Source: Camelus ferus (Eukaryota). From it: DNA of 64,000 bases. The stretch lies in NCBI RefSeq assembly GCF_009834535.1, contig NC_045698.1:29698001-29762000 (forward strand), read 5' to 3'. The position numbers and the translations under genes are program-made. Below the pieces are notes generated by a model. It ran no database searches and was not told the DNA's origin. It worked only from the letters and a program-made list of their open reading frames with translations. Every line of letters begins with the position of its first letter. The stretch's first letter is position 1. Below are positions 37,521 through 48,838 of this stretch, piece after piece.

Positions 37521-37949
37521 TACTACTGTCTTAGTTTAAAAAAAAACTATAAATCTTCCATTGCTGTACCTGGCACAGAGGAGGAAGTCCAAAGTGTAAA
37601 CTTGCAGTGTCACATTGGCTGCAATTCTGGCACTGGTTACTTTTTAAAGTTATGTTTAAGGTTAATATGGCGTATCAGGCAGCTGGTTTCAAAATCGAGT
37701 GAAGGATTAAAAGCTTAAGGGCAGTCTGAGATCAGCCTGGCAAAATCAAGCTGATTGCAATACTCTTCTCCCATTTTCTCTTCTTGCTATGCTTTCACCC
37801 CTAGGGAATAACTAGGTTCACTCATTTTCAAACAAATGTAAATTATAACAGTAGAAGGTCCTACCCATCAGATTAGCAATGGTAGAAGGAAAAGAAACAC
37901 TTGCTGGCAGTTGTACACTGATATTGAAGTTCTGTGCTGGTCTGGACTG

Positions 37950-38150
37950 AGTCTAAATTAGGATGGTTTGAAAGCATTGAATGATATCTATCAAAAATCT
38001 CATAAATGTTTTACCCCTTTCATGCAGCAACTTTGTTTCTGGGAATCACCATTAGGTAATAAATGGAAATACGGGCCAAATCCCCTCTCTGCCAAGAGAT
38101 GTTTATTGTACCATTACTTATAATGTTTAAAAACTAGAAGAAGCCTACAT
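37950..38150 (+). mobile_element. Ancient L1M ORF2 3' fragment
   Basis: ACCCCTTTCATGCAGCAACTTTGTTTCTGGGAAT...AGAGATGTTTATTGTACCATTACTTATAAT...AAAACTAGAA resembles the L1 ORF2 end. Confidence 0.5.
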
Positions 38151-38275
38151 CAATGGCCTGCCAACTTTTTGACTCCTATCCACAGTCAGACATAAGTGGA
38201 TCTTCATGGTCAGCCAGTAGTCACACACATGCATTAAAAAATCTCCTGTAAAGAAACTGCCCATTCCATTTCATT

Positions 38276-38654
38276 TGTCTTCGTCTGTTCGGACTGCTGT
38301 AACAGAAATATCATACACTGAGTGGCTCAGGAACAACAGAGGTTTATTTCTCACGGTTCTGGAGGCTGGGAAGCCCAAGATCAAGGCCCCAGCAGAGTCA
38401 GTGTGTGGTGAGAGCTCACTTACTGGTTCATAGACGGTTGTCTTTTTGCTGTGTCCTCACACGGCACGAAGGTGGGGAGAGCTCTCTGGAACCACTTTTG
38501 TATGGGCACCAGTCCTCTTCATGAGGGCTCCACCCTTATGATCTAGTCACCCTGGGCCCCACCTCCATATACCATCACACTGGGGATTAGACTTCAGCAT
38601 ATGAATTTAGGCAGTGGAGGTGGAGGCGGGGGCATGAACATTTGGTCCATAGCA
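38276..38654 (-). mobile_element. MLT1A-type MaLR solo LTR
   Basis: TGTCTTCGTCTGTTCGGACTGCTGTAACAGAAATATCAT...GAGGCTGGGAAGCCCAAGATCAAGG...AACATTTGGTCCATAGCA. 5-bp TSD TCATT / CCATT. Confidence 0.9.
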
Positions 38655-40324
38655 CCATTCCATTCCATTCCATTCAACAAACTAACAAACTAAGCTGGGT
38701 TTAACCCGCTAAGCTGACCCCACATCCTAACAGTAGAATGTGACTCACAGTTTGAAAAGCACTGGCACCTAGGTGGCCAATAATAGGAATGTGACGGAGT
38801 ATGAATTAATACAGCCCTTTAATTATATGTTCAATCTTTAATTTTACTTTTGGTTCTGAGTGGGTGGGAATTATGCTTTTTTAGCCAGCAAGAAAGAGGA
38901 TGTTTCCACGTAACTCCGTATCATGGGGACTTACTATAATGATGCCAGATCTGTTGCTGTGCCCAGCCATCTGTATGTCTCTCTCAATACATCATGGGTC
39001 CTTCACAGATTCTTCATGATGCCTCAAGCTCCCTCTAGTCTCACCTGCAACTTCAAGCTGATAGACTCTGCCTGGGTCGCCCAACATTTAATTTCCAGCC
39101 TTTACTATTGGTCTGCCAGTGATATTAGGACTTCATTGTCAATCTAATCAGTTAATATTAGCTGAGCCATTTGAATCAAAGAATTGCTAAAAGCTACATT
39201 TCCTAGAAAAAGTGGCAATCTAATAGGCAGGTGCTTGAGACACGTGTTAAGTAGGAAAAGAAAAATCTAAAACAAAAAAGACAGTTTTTGCTGTGAGGTT
39301 TGTTTTCAACTTTCTTAAGAAATTCTATAGAAGGAAAGTGACAGAAAAGGAACCCAGAGTTTGTTTTACAGCATATTAATACTTATCAAATTTCTGCAAA
39401 AGCAAATATACATTGACAATCAGAAAATAAAAAAATCAAATTTGATTACAAGGAAAGTCATTTTGCAGATCATGTCCTCCAACTCTTGACATAGCACATG
39501 TTCTTGGTATAAATATATAAATATGAAGTATCTATGCATAAAATTCTGCTTAAAGCAGAGAACCTCATATTTGTCCCACTTAACACTATTTCAGAATACA
39601 ATTTGGTTTGGGAGGACTGGGTACATAAACCTAGAAAGATTCTTTTCCTAAGGTCCTACATTTCCCTGCTCTTTTTATAACTATTACTTATTGCCAGTTT
39701 CTATTTATTTGAAAATCCCCTAATAATTTGAGGTTTGGAAACTTGGTTTGGGACAGGGTTGGGCAGAGTGTTACCTGTTTTCTTATTAGACCAAAATAAT
39801 ATTCCTGTCTGTCTGAGGATGGTCATTTCTGTGGACCCTAATAGTTCCCTAAATAAAACTCTTCACAAGTTCTCAAGTTCTAAATACTTTTGGTTCTAGT
39901 GCATGAAGATTCATAAATTTCTTAGAAAAGGAAGGAGTATTGCTCAAGGCTCATAAAAAAAAATCCATATCAGAATACCATGTGTTCAAGTACATTTTTT
40001 TCTCTATAAGTATTGAGGGTAAAATTTCAGCTTATGTTTTTAGAAGTCTTGTGTAATTACTCTTTCCCACTTCTCTTTCAGCTGAGCCGGAAAAATTAGA
40101 TGAAAACAGTCTTTTTTCTTTCAAGGATAAGCTAGAAACATCTGGGCTGGCTGGTCCCCCCCCCCCCAAAAAAAAACAGAGTAATTGGTCCTTTACCAGT
40201 GTTTAAACCCCCATTATCTGGGATCCAGAAAGGTTCCACCGGCTTAGGTAGCCCTCAGCCATGTGTTTGGTGGTCCAGCCCGTCAGGCCGGTGGGAGGGG
40301 AGGAGGGGAGGAGGGGGCGGGGGA

Positions 40325-40500
40325 TACACATTTTCCTGAAAGATGCGTATGCCACATCTTCTCACATCCCGCTGGCCAGAACTGAGCCTTGTGCCCCAGG
40401 TGGCTGTAAGCTGGCTGGGAAATGTCACCTCTCACTGGGTTTACTACTAACTGAAAGTGGGGAGAGTGAGTACTGGGGGCAACTACTAAATGGTAGTGAG
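40325..40500. mobile_element. MLT1J/K-like LTR fragment
   Basis: ACATCTTCTCACATCCCGCTGGCCAGAACTGAGCC...GCTGTAAGCTGGCTGGGAAATGT. Confidence 0.55.
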
Positions 40501-41964
40501 ATCGCATTATGGCTTGTGATGCTATGCCTGTGAACAAGGAAAGTCATTGAATGCTTTATGCAGAGGGATGTCATGATCATAATTGTGTTTCAAAACGTAA
40601 TTTTTGTGTAAAAAAATGGATTAGAGAGAGTGTAAGTGGCTGTTAAGAGGCCATTCCGAAAGTCCAAGTGAGAGATAGTGACTAGGACTTGGTATAACAG
40701 TAGAGAGGGTAGAGGGAATGGAATGAATTCAAGAAGAGGTGAGGTTGACAGATGAAGAGAAGACATCCAGGTAACTCCTAGGTTTCCAGCTTGTGTTGCA
40801 GACACTGGAGAAGACAAGGTTTGGGGGCGAGTTATTCAAGGATCCCTGAGTTTAGCTTTGGAAATGTGTTTTGGAAACATGTATCAGGGAGGCTGATTCT
40901 ACACATCCAAAATATGATTTCAGAATAAATTAACTGCCAGCTCATGATCAGTGAGAGCCCCCGCATCCAGTCATTGTTAACTAATCTACTCAAATGAATG
41001 CTCCCCTGGGAGTGTTTCTTTTATTACAGGGCTTTGTGTGTATCTCAGGTCAGAGAATGGTTTATTGCATACAGACATAGGAAGCCCAGCCAGGCAGAGG
41101 GAGTCTTTCAACTAGAGAAAGGCCTTGCTCGTTCTGGCTGTGGTCACCAATCATGAGCAGCCTTCTTGTGTTGGCAGCATGGACAGGGCTATTGGTCACA
41201 CAGGCCTAAGAGTCACACAGCCTTGAGTCAACTACTCAACCCATGCTCAGTGATGGGAGTCATCACGATTGTTCTGTTATAACCAGTGAGGAGCTGCGAG
41301 AAATTTGGTGAAACTCCAGAACTAGAAAGAAGTGTTTTTGCTTCTAGTGTTGCATGCATAGGTAATTCACTAAATAGTTAGTTTTTTTATCTTTTTACTT
41401 GACTTGGGGTATTTTTTTTTTCCTTAGAGAGACCTACTTCTCTCTACCATATGGCAATTAAAATAAGAAAAAAGACATTATCTAAGTGCTGTGTCTTCCT
41501 GCCCAGTCAACCGAAATATCCTACAATTAACGTGGAGATGGTACTAACGATTTTCTAGTCAACTACTTTGTACCACTGGCACTGTGATTAAACATCTACA
41601 GTCACATATGTTAGGATTTCCAATGGGCACTAATGTTTTAAAATTTGTTCATTTATCCTTTATTTAACACACATTTCGATGTTGTGCTCTCTGGGCTCTT
41701 GGGGTACTTCAGCGAGATACCAGTGAACACAGCGGATGGACGGCTCTGCCCTCTTGGGGTTTTCCTTCTCCAACTCCTTAGGGAAGTTGTGGGATTAGAT
41801 TCAGATAAGCCCCGTCGGTCCCTGCAGCCCGGCCAGTTCACAGCCCATGTACGTTCTAGCGCTTGGCCTTGTCCGCTGGCCTGGCTGGCTCCGCTGTGAT
41901 GGGCCTCATGAGACGCCAGCCCAGGCCTGGCCTTCACTGCAGTTGGCAGCGCCCAAAGAAGCCC

Positions 41965-41977
41965 TGGGCAAAGGTCG
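41965..41977 (+). promoter_or_regulatory. HNF4-type DR1 element
   Basis: TGGGCA-A-AGGTCG fits the DR1/CAAAG HNF4 consensus; HNF4 regulation of the bovine GHR1A promoter is established. Confidence 0.7.
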
Positions 41978-41990
41978 GGGGGTTCGTTAT

Positions 41991-42000
41991 GTGAGGCAAT
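41991..42000 (+). promoter_or_regulatory. C/EBP-like site
   Basis: GTGAGGCAAT carries the GCAAT half-site and sits between the DR1 and the TATA box. Confidence 0.55.
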
Positions 42001-42047
42001 GGGCTGTGTGCTTTAATCTGCAATTCTGGTACGAGGGGTGTATGATT

Positions 42048-42067
42048 GGGAGGGAGGGAGGGAGGGA
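42048..42067 (+). repeat. (GGGA)5 tract in the GHR 1A promoter
   Basis: GGGAGGGAGGGAGGGAGGGA, ending ~48 bp upstream of the TATA box. Confidence 0.95.
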
Positions 42068-42086
42068 GGAAGAGGGAGAAACCTGT

Positions 42087-42095
42087 AATTGATTT
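42087..42095 (+). promoter_or_regulatory. ONECUT/HNF6-like site
   Basis: AATTGATTT matches the ATTGATT ONECUT core, ~25 bp upstream of the TATA box. Confidence 0.5.
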
Positions 42096-42114
42096 GGGGA
42101 GGATTTTTCGAAGG

Positions 42115-42122
42115 TTTATATA
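42115..42122 (+). promoter_or_regulatory. TATA box of GHR 1A promoter
   Basis: TTTATATA in the context AAGGTTTATATAC, at the expected position upstream of exon 1A. Confidence 0.75.
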
Positions 42123-42144
42123 CTAAAGCAACAAGACTAAGAAG

Positions 42145-42363
42145 CTCGAGATTAAGACACACCAAGTGGTAACCAAGACACGTTCACTGCATTCCTCCTT
42201 CAACCCCACCCTCTCTGCCAGACTTTAACCAAGGGAGTGTAGCCTGGCCTGCTTGCATCCATGACTGCATGCAAAAGGACGTTTTAAAAGTTCTTGCCGT
42301 AAATCCTGGAGGAAAGTGTATGAAAATCCAGCCTCTATTTCAGGAAAATCTGCCGGACTAGTG
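42145..42363 (+). other. GHR: Putative GHR untranslated exon 1A (human V1 homologue, liver-type); start approximate
   Basis: Sequence ...GAAAATCCAGCCTCTATTTCAGGAAAATCTGCCGGACTAGTG|GTTAGT resembles the 3' end of bovine 1A/human V1 as I recall it. GT donor at 42364, 14.45 kb from exon 2 (about 15 kb in cattle). Start inferred ~30 nt downstream of the TATA box. Confidence 0.8.
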
Positions 42364-43169
42364 GTTAGTATTTCCCTTCTCATTGACTTTGATCGAAAAG
42401 CTGACAGGTCTCTTTTTCTCACTTGCTTTTGCATTTTGCAGATGTACATCCCTGACTTGGCTTTGCCGGTTGCTTTCTGTCTCCTCCCACCTCATCCTTC
42501 CCTCTTCGGGCTTAATTTCTCTTTGCTTCCTCTTTGCTCGACTTCTCTGCTGCCCTCCTCTCTGCAATAAGCAAACTTCTTTTTCTTGTCCTGAAGCTTG
42601 TAAAATATTCCTGTCAGGCAAAGCCTCAGAGGCCTGCCTATGTCTGAAGACTGTAAAGATACAGTTTGGGTTTCTGAAGTTGGTTCTCTGAACAAAGGGT
42701 TGGTTTCATGCACGCTTAAGAAGCTGGTAGGTTTTGAGAAAGCTGGAGATGATAGTGGGCTCTCGGGTGCCATTTCCGGGTTTTAATTCTGGTCCATGTT
42801 TTACATTTCAGTCAGTTCATATTTGAGAAGAGTATCGTAAGGAAGATGTGACACCCCAATTGCATGTTTGTTTTGCATTTTCTCTCAGATTTTCTAAAGT
42901 CTTAGGGATGGTCAGCACTTGGAAGAAAAGGAAGATAAGCTGTTGCCTTTTATACTCCTAACCCGACCTCCCTGTGGGTTTACTCTGCTGCTCTGAGTTC
43001 CTTACTGCATGCCTAACTAGAGATTTCCCATCGTGCCTGGTGGGAGGGGAAACTCCACTTACTCTCTCATCAAAAAGCATTCAGATGAACTTTCAACAGA
43101 AGGACCTGCTCCCACCCCCTCAAAACATCTATTTTAATGTTGCATCTCAGGGGGTCTCTGTTCATTCCT

Positions 43170-44030
43170 GCAACAACTCATTTCAAACTGAGTGCGTTAG
43201 GCACTGTGCCAGGTAATGGGGGGACACAAAAATGACCCTCAGGGGAGGGAGAAGAAAATGTTGGGTATATTACGATGATCTGATAGAGGTTTGGCAAGGC
43301 TGTTATGGGAGGAGAGAAGAGGGGCTCCGAACATCACCTGGTAAGGAGTAGAAGTAGTTGCTAGACATGCATTTAAACTCAGACATGGAAAACAAACTTA
43401 TGGTTACCAGGGGGTGGGAAGGGGTAAATTGGGAGTTCAAGATTTGCAGATACTACTATATATAAAATAGATAAATAACAAGTTTATACTGTATAGCACA
43501 TGGAACTATATTCAATATCTTGTAGTAACTTATGGTGAAAAAGAATATGAAAACGAATATATGTATGTTCCTATATGACTGAAGCATTATGCTGTACACC
43601 AGAAATTGACACAACACTGTAAATTGACTATAGTTCGATAAAAATATATTTAAAAAACAAAAGAAACGCATTTAAGTTGAAGTGACCTTGAGCTGAGGTT
43701 TGGGAAGGGAGTAGCAGGAATGGATGACGTGGGAAGAAGACAGGAGTCGGAGAGCCTAAAGGTGTGGAAAGCCTGGAACCTTCTGAGAAGATTCCTCTGT
43801 GGCAGAAGAAAAGGGAGGGTTGGGGAAAAGGTGTAAGATAGGGATGGAAAGGTAGACAGAGGTGGATCAGATCCCATGGGGCCAGACAGTACTGGTTGTA
43901 AGGCCATGTCCTGTACACTGGAGGGTTTGAAACAGGCTGCCGATGTGTGGTTTAAGGAAATCACTGTGGCGTCAGTGTGGAGAATAGATTCTTACAAGAT
44001 TCTAACCAGGATTATTTTCAGAAATTTAGG
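43170..44030 (-). mobile_element. L2 fragment hosting the 43377 L1
   Basis: CTGAGTGCGTTAGGCACTGTGCCAGG...GGCCATGTCCTGTACACTGGAGGGTTTGAAACAGG...CACTGTGGCGTCAGTGTGGAGAATAGATT. Confidence 0.55.
43377..43661 (+). mobile_element. L1 3' end ~1 kb downstream of the exon 1A donor
   Basis: AAACAAACTTATGGTTACCAGGGG...ACACTGTAAATTGACTATAGTTCGATAAAAA. TSD AGACATGCATTTAA (43363-43376) / AGAAACGCATTTAA (43662-43675). Confidence 0.88.
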
Positions 44031-47000
44031 CTTGGCTTGGTCTAGACTGAAGGGCTTGTTGTGAGTAAACTTCTTTTCTGGATTACCCCAGGGCTCTCAT
44101 CCTATTTCAAGGAGGTGGCAGGGGGCACTCAGCCCCTGTGGAGGGTGGGCAGGCATCCTGGCTGGGGAAGGTCAGGAGAGTAGCAGGTCACCTTAGGCCC
44201 CGCCGGCACTTGTGAGGGTTTGTTTGCACTGAACGCCTAATGTAATTGATATCACATGTGACAGCTTGTGTGAGCCTGGGGGCAAGTTGGCTTTTTGTTC
44301 CTTGAAGTGCTCCTTGAGGTCCAGGGCCCACGGAGTACTGAGAGAGCCCACTGGATGGGGACAGGAGACCTGGGTGCTGCTCCCTGCTCGGCTGTAACCA
44401 GCAGTGGAGTCTTATGTGCGTCATCTTGCTCCCCTGGGGTTGGCTGATGGCATCATAAAATGAGACCTTTCCATTTACACGGTCCTTACGGCCCCATCCA
44501 GCACCTAGGTTCTCTCATGATGCTTCTGCCTCCTCAGTAGTCCACCTCCCAGCCCCCGTCCTCATTCACCTCAGGTGTGTTCCAGACATTCTCATTAATG
44601 GAGAAACCAGTAAAGTCATTTATTTTTAAACTAAGTTGTAGTTTAAAGAATATAATCTAGTGAGCATGGGAAATAATTTTCAAAGGACAACATTGTGACT
44701 CACGTTCTGTCCTGTGCTGAGGACAAAAGGAAAGTAGAAAGCCACCTTCACTCAACACCTTCTTTCCGTCTTGACTTTTTCTCCCTTGTCCCTCCTGCAG
44801 AAGTAGAGGGGAGGTTGGCTGGGGATTCTGAGGGGACGGAGGGTGAGGCACTGATGGGGAAGGCTGACCTATGGGAAGCTGAGTCCTACCACCTTCCAAA
44901 GGACCAGTGCCGCCTTCCCTGCGCATAAGCAGGATTCAGGTGGATCCAGGGCAGAATTTTGAGTGACTCTGACCTTCTTTGCCTTTGTGAAGTTATCTTG
45001 CACCCGTTTCCAGCACCCGCAGCTTGTACTCCAGACGCTCAAAGTTCAGCCCACAACCCATCCTCTAACCTCCAAATGACCCACTGCTCTTACCCAAACT
45101 TGCTTCTCCTAGGGCTCGATGACGATGTGGTGATTCTTGGGGTGGGGAAAGAACTTCTAATGCCTCTGACCTACCTTACACCCACCAACATCCCCACTTC
45201 CAAACACATGCACACACCCTGCAAGGCATTTTGGTGCAGCCCTGAGAACTCATTTATCCCACAAACAGGGGTTTGTTATCTTGTGACTTCCATATTGTGG
45301 CACATTTTATAGTAGAGGTTTAAAAAATCAGTGTGGAGACATGGAGGAAGGAAAAGTGAAGTCTCAAGGGAGTGTAGACGGCTTCACGGAGGGAGCAATA
45401 TTTGAGCATGACTTTGAAGAGTGGGTGGATTTGTGGTTTGTCTGGCCCCGGTAGTGCAAGTAAAGGAAGACAGACCAGGAAGGAGGCTGTTTTAAGTCAG
45501 GAGAAGAGGCAGTGCAGCAAGCATGGGGGGAGGAGGAGCCACGTTCCAGAGGGAATTCAGCACCTTATGGTGACAAGTTACTTGTGAGGGGATACTCAGG
45601 GTATCTAGTTCAGGTTACTGGGGAACCCTAAATCTCATTGAGTGAGTTAGAAAATACATGAGATGAAGCTGTTCGTTCAGGTAGGAGGTAGGAGGGCAGG
45701 GTAGGAGACGCTGAGTCCATTCTGGTTGGAAGGAGTTAACTTCAGATGCCTGTGGGCATCCGGATGACTGTTTCCCTTTGTCTCAGGCACCTGCCCTCTG
45801 GTTCTTTAGCATTTGCTTGATGCTTTAAGTGAACTGCCACCCTCGGGATTCCCCTCAAGCTTTTCTTCCTCATTTGGAAGGAAAGTTTTAACTGGTAACA
45901 AGATCACAAGTGGTTGAACATGAAAAATTCATTTGACCCCCTTTTCCACTTGATGAGAAGATGCGTGTTTGATTACTGCTCTGTGAGATGTGATGTGACT
46001 GATTTCACTCAAACAAATTGTGATGAAAACCATTTTAGGGCCAGTTCTTTTGGCTTCTTGTTAGGTGGACAATCTTGAATTAATAGCAGTTTAGGGTTTG
46101 TCTCAGCCTGCTTGTTCCAACCCTCATCCACCAGCCAAATGATTCAGGAGAAACGTGACTAGGTCATTGAATTAGTTTCCTGAGTCATGCTCTGTTGGTT
46201 CCCTGGGGTGGTAAATATAAAGCTCCTGGGAATTGAACGTTGACTTCAGGACTGAAAATAAGCTCTCCTGAGCCAAGATGTTACATTTACAAGGATGTGT
46301 TACAAAGACGTGTAGGTCCTTTTCCCTTCCCCACCACCTTTTCCTCCGTGAATACATGCTCCTTGTCCTTATCTTCTCCCAAAACCTAGACTATTGCAGA
46401 TTTTGACCTTGATTTTGATTTACCTTCCAATTGACACATTGTCAGTTTTTTAATTTCCTGTCTGACTTGAGGTTAAGATGAGATGCGAGGCCAGCAAACT
46501 GATTTAGACAGGATCTCTCAGGCTTTCTTGGTTTCTCTGGGATCAACTCCTGTCCAGGTTTTTGTGTTCAGAAAACAAATTGCATCAGATGACCCAGAGG
46601 TGATGAGATTCTCAGAGCCCAATTTACACTAGCCAACCTCGCAAGATGGGCCGGTATACCAGAATGCCAGTACATTTGTTTATTCTCCATTTTAGCTGTG
46701 AAGCAATTGCATTTCAGCTGGCTATTGTATTAGTTTTCCAGAAAGAGAGAGAACCCAGAAAACAAGACAAGGATCAGAAGGTTGTTTGGCAAATGTAGAG
46801 TTGGAGTAGAGAGAACTGAGTGACCTCAAAGGAGACCATCAGCAAGCTTTGAAAGATTATTGTACCTGTCTCTGTATTAGGACATACTTGTTGGACAAGA
46901 CAAAGTCATAAATTATTTACTAAATTTTTTCAGCATTCTTCATCAATCAAAATTGGTTAGACTAGATTATCTCTAAAGTCCCTTCTGCCTCCAAACTTCT

Positions 47001-47118
47001 ATGCTCTGCTAAAAAGCCCATCTCCTTATGGGTGTGTTTCAGTGGTGGCCAGATGGTTATCTTCCTGACTGATGTTTAGGAAGTCAACCTCAGGCTCTAT
47101 AACAGACTTTCAAAGACT

Positions 47119-47720
47119 GTATCAGTTTTCTATTGCTTCTGTAATTACTATAAATTTAGTGGCTTATAAAATCACCCATTTATTAGCTCACAGTTCTGTG
47201 AGATGTCTGGACACAGCCTGTTGCAACTGGATTCTCTGGATGGAGTTGACAAGCCTCAAATCAAAGTGTCATTGGGGCTGCATTACCTTTGGGAGGTTCT
47301 GGGGATGGATTTGCTTCCAAGCTCATTCAGGTTGTTGACCAAATTCAGTTCCTTGCTGTTGTAGGACTGTCATCCCCGTTTCCTTGCTGGATACCAGCAA
47401 GGAGCCCATTTTTGCTCCGAGAGGAGCATCTCACTCTTCCTGTGTGGTCCCCCCAAGCAGTAGCAGGGCATGTCCGTCTCAAGTTTCCAATCTCTCTGAC
47501 CTCCTCTCCTGCCACATCTAATTTCCTCTCCGGCTTTTATAGGCTAATGTAATTACACTGAATCCCCCACACAATCCAGAATAATCTCCCTATTTTAAAA
47601 TCTGTTGATTAGTAAGCTTAATTCTATCTGTGAAGTCCCGCCAGAGCAGTACCTAGATTTATAACTGAATAGCCGGGGATGCTAATCTTGGGGGTAACCT
47701 CTTTAGCATTCCTCCTACCC
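47119..47720 (-). mobile_element. MLT1E/F-type MaLR solo LTR
   Basis: TGTATCAGTTTTCTATTGCT...AAATTTAGTGGCTTA...TTGCTTCCAAGCTCATTCAGGTTGTTG...AATTCAGTTCCTTG...ATAATCTCCCTATTTTAAAATC. Confidence 0.8.
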
Positions 47721-48049
47721 AGTCTCATCAGCAACCCCTTGAATCAGTGCTTTGTCATCATTTGAGTGCTTGTATTTGTAGATGACTGGCTTCATCTATT
47801 TCCACGTATTCTTTTTATTTGCCATTTCATAGGATAATATTTTCTGATCCTACCATCACATTTCAGCATTTCAACCCCTTGTTGTAGAAATTTCTCCATT
47901 GTTGGGGGGGGGCGGAATGCATCAACTGGTTGGCTGAATAGGGATGAATAATATTTTTTTCTCTCTCCCTCACCCAGCTGAGGGACGGTCTTTGGGGCAG
48001 CTGAGCTCTATTTTCACAAACTTAAAAATCATAGCACATTCGGTTTGCA

Positions 48050-48150
48050 CTAGGTCGGTGATGCTCAGTTTACCTGTGGTGAAGAAGCCGGGGCACTTAT
48101 GTGTCAGTTCCCCAGGTGGTTCTAATGTGCAGCCAAGGCTGAGAACTGCG
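48050..48150. mobile_element. MER5-like fragment
   Basis: AGTTCCCCAGGTGGTTCTAATGTGCAGCCAAGGCTGAGAACTGC is a typical MER5A end. Confidence 0.65.
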
Positions 48151-48512
48151 GGTATGTTCCCAACATACTATTTTGGAAATAAGGAAGCCAAGAGTGAGAA
48201 AGGATTCACTTCAAGTCTCGTACCAGTGACAGCTCTGGTGCTAGAATTTCAACCGAAGGTTTATGGTTTAATTATTGGTAGAGTTCAGCGCTCAGTGATT
48301 ATTAAGTGTAATGAGTGTTGAGAAGGTCTGAAAGTCCCTGCTTCTCCCTTCAGTAGCAGAACTCTGGGACTTTCAGAAACTATTAGACTTTGTGAAATCA
48401 CAGCTTAAAGGTCTCTTCTCAGCAGTCTGGCCAGCTTGTGGGCAATAATAAACAGGGATACAGTCTGCATCAGCCGGGAGCTGGGCCATGGACCTCCACA
48501 TTCTGTGTGCCT

Positions 48513-48838
48513 GAGCTGCACACTCCAATGCGGTGGCCACTAGCTGCGCATGTCTGTTGAGCACTTTAAATGTGACTGGTGCCAGTTGTGACGTGCTGTG
48601 AGGGTGAAATGCACCCCAGATTCAAAAACTAAGGATGAAAAAGTCTGTAAAATATCTCAATACTTTTCATATTTACCATGTGATGAAATGATAATATTTT
48701 AGATATATTGGGTTAAATAGGGCATATTAAAGTTAATTTCTCTGTTTCTTACTCTCTTAATGTGGTTAGTAAGAAATTAAAAATTACACATACAACCAGC
48801 ATTTGTGGCTGGCAGTATATTTCTGTCACTCAGTGCTA
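48513..48838. mobile_element. MER33/MER3-like hAT-Charlie element
   Basis: GCTGCACACTCCAATGCGGTGGCCACTAGCTGCGCATGTCTGTTGAGCACTTTAAATGTGACT...GATAATATTTTAGATATATTGGGTTAAAT...AAATTACACA. Confidence 0.8.

Larger units (their letters stand above)
41960..42125 (+). promoter_or_regulatory. GHR: GHR 1A/V1 proximal promoter
   Basis: Ordered motifs as in the mammalian liver GHR promoter: DR1, C/EBP-like site, GA-rich tract, GTAATTGATTTGGGGAGG, then AAGGTTTATATA, directly upstream of the exon 1A-like sequence. Confidence 0.8.

Noticed and set aside
41800-42000. CpG island at the GHR promoter
   Set aside because: Only a short, modest CpG enrichment. The CpG-island promoter (1B/V2) is expected far upstream and was not seen in this window.
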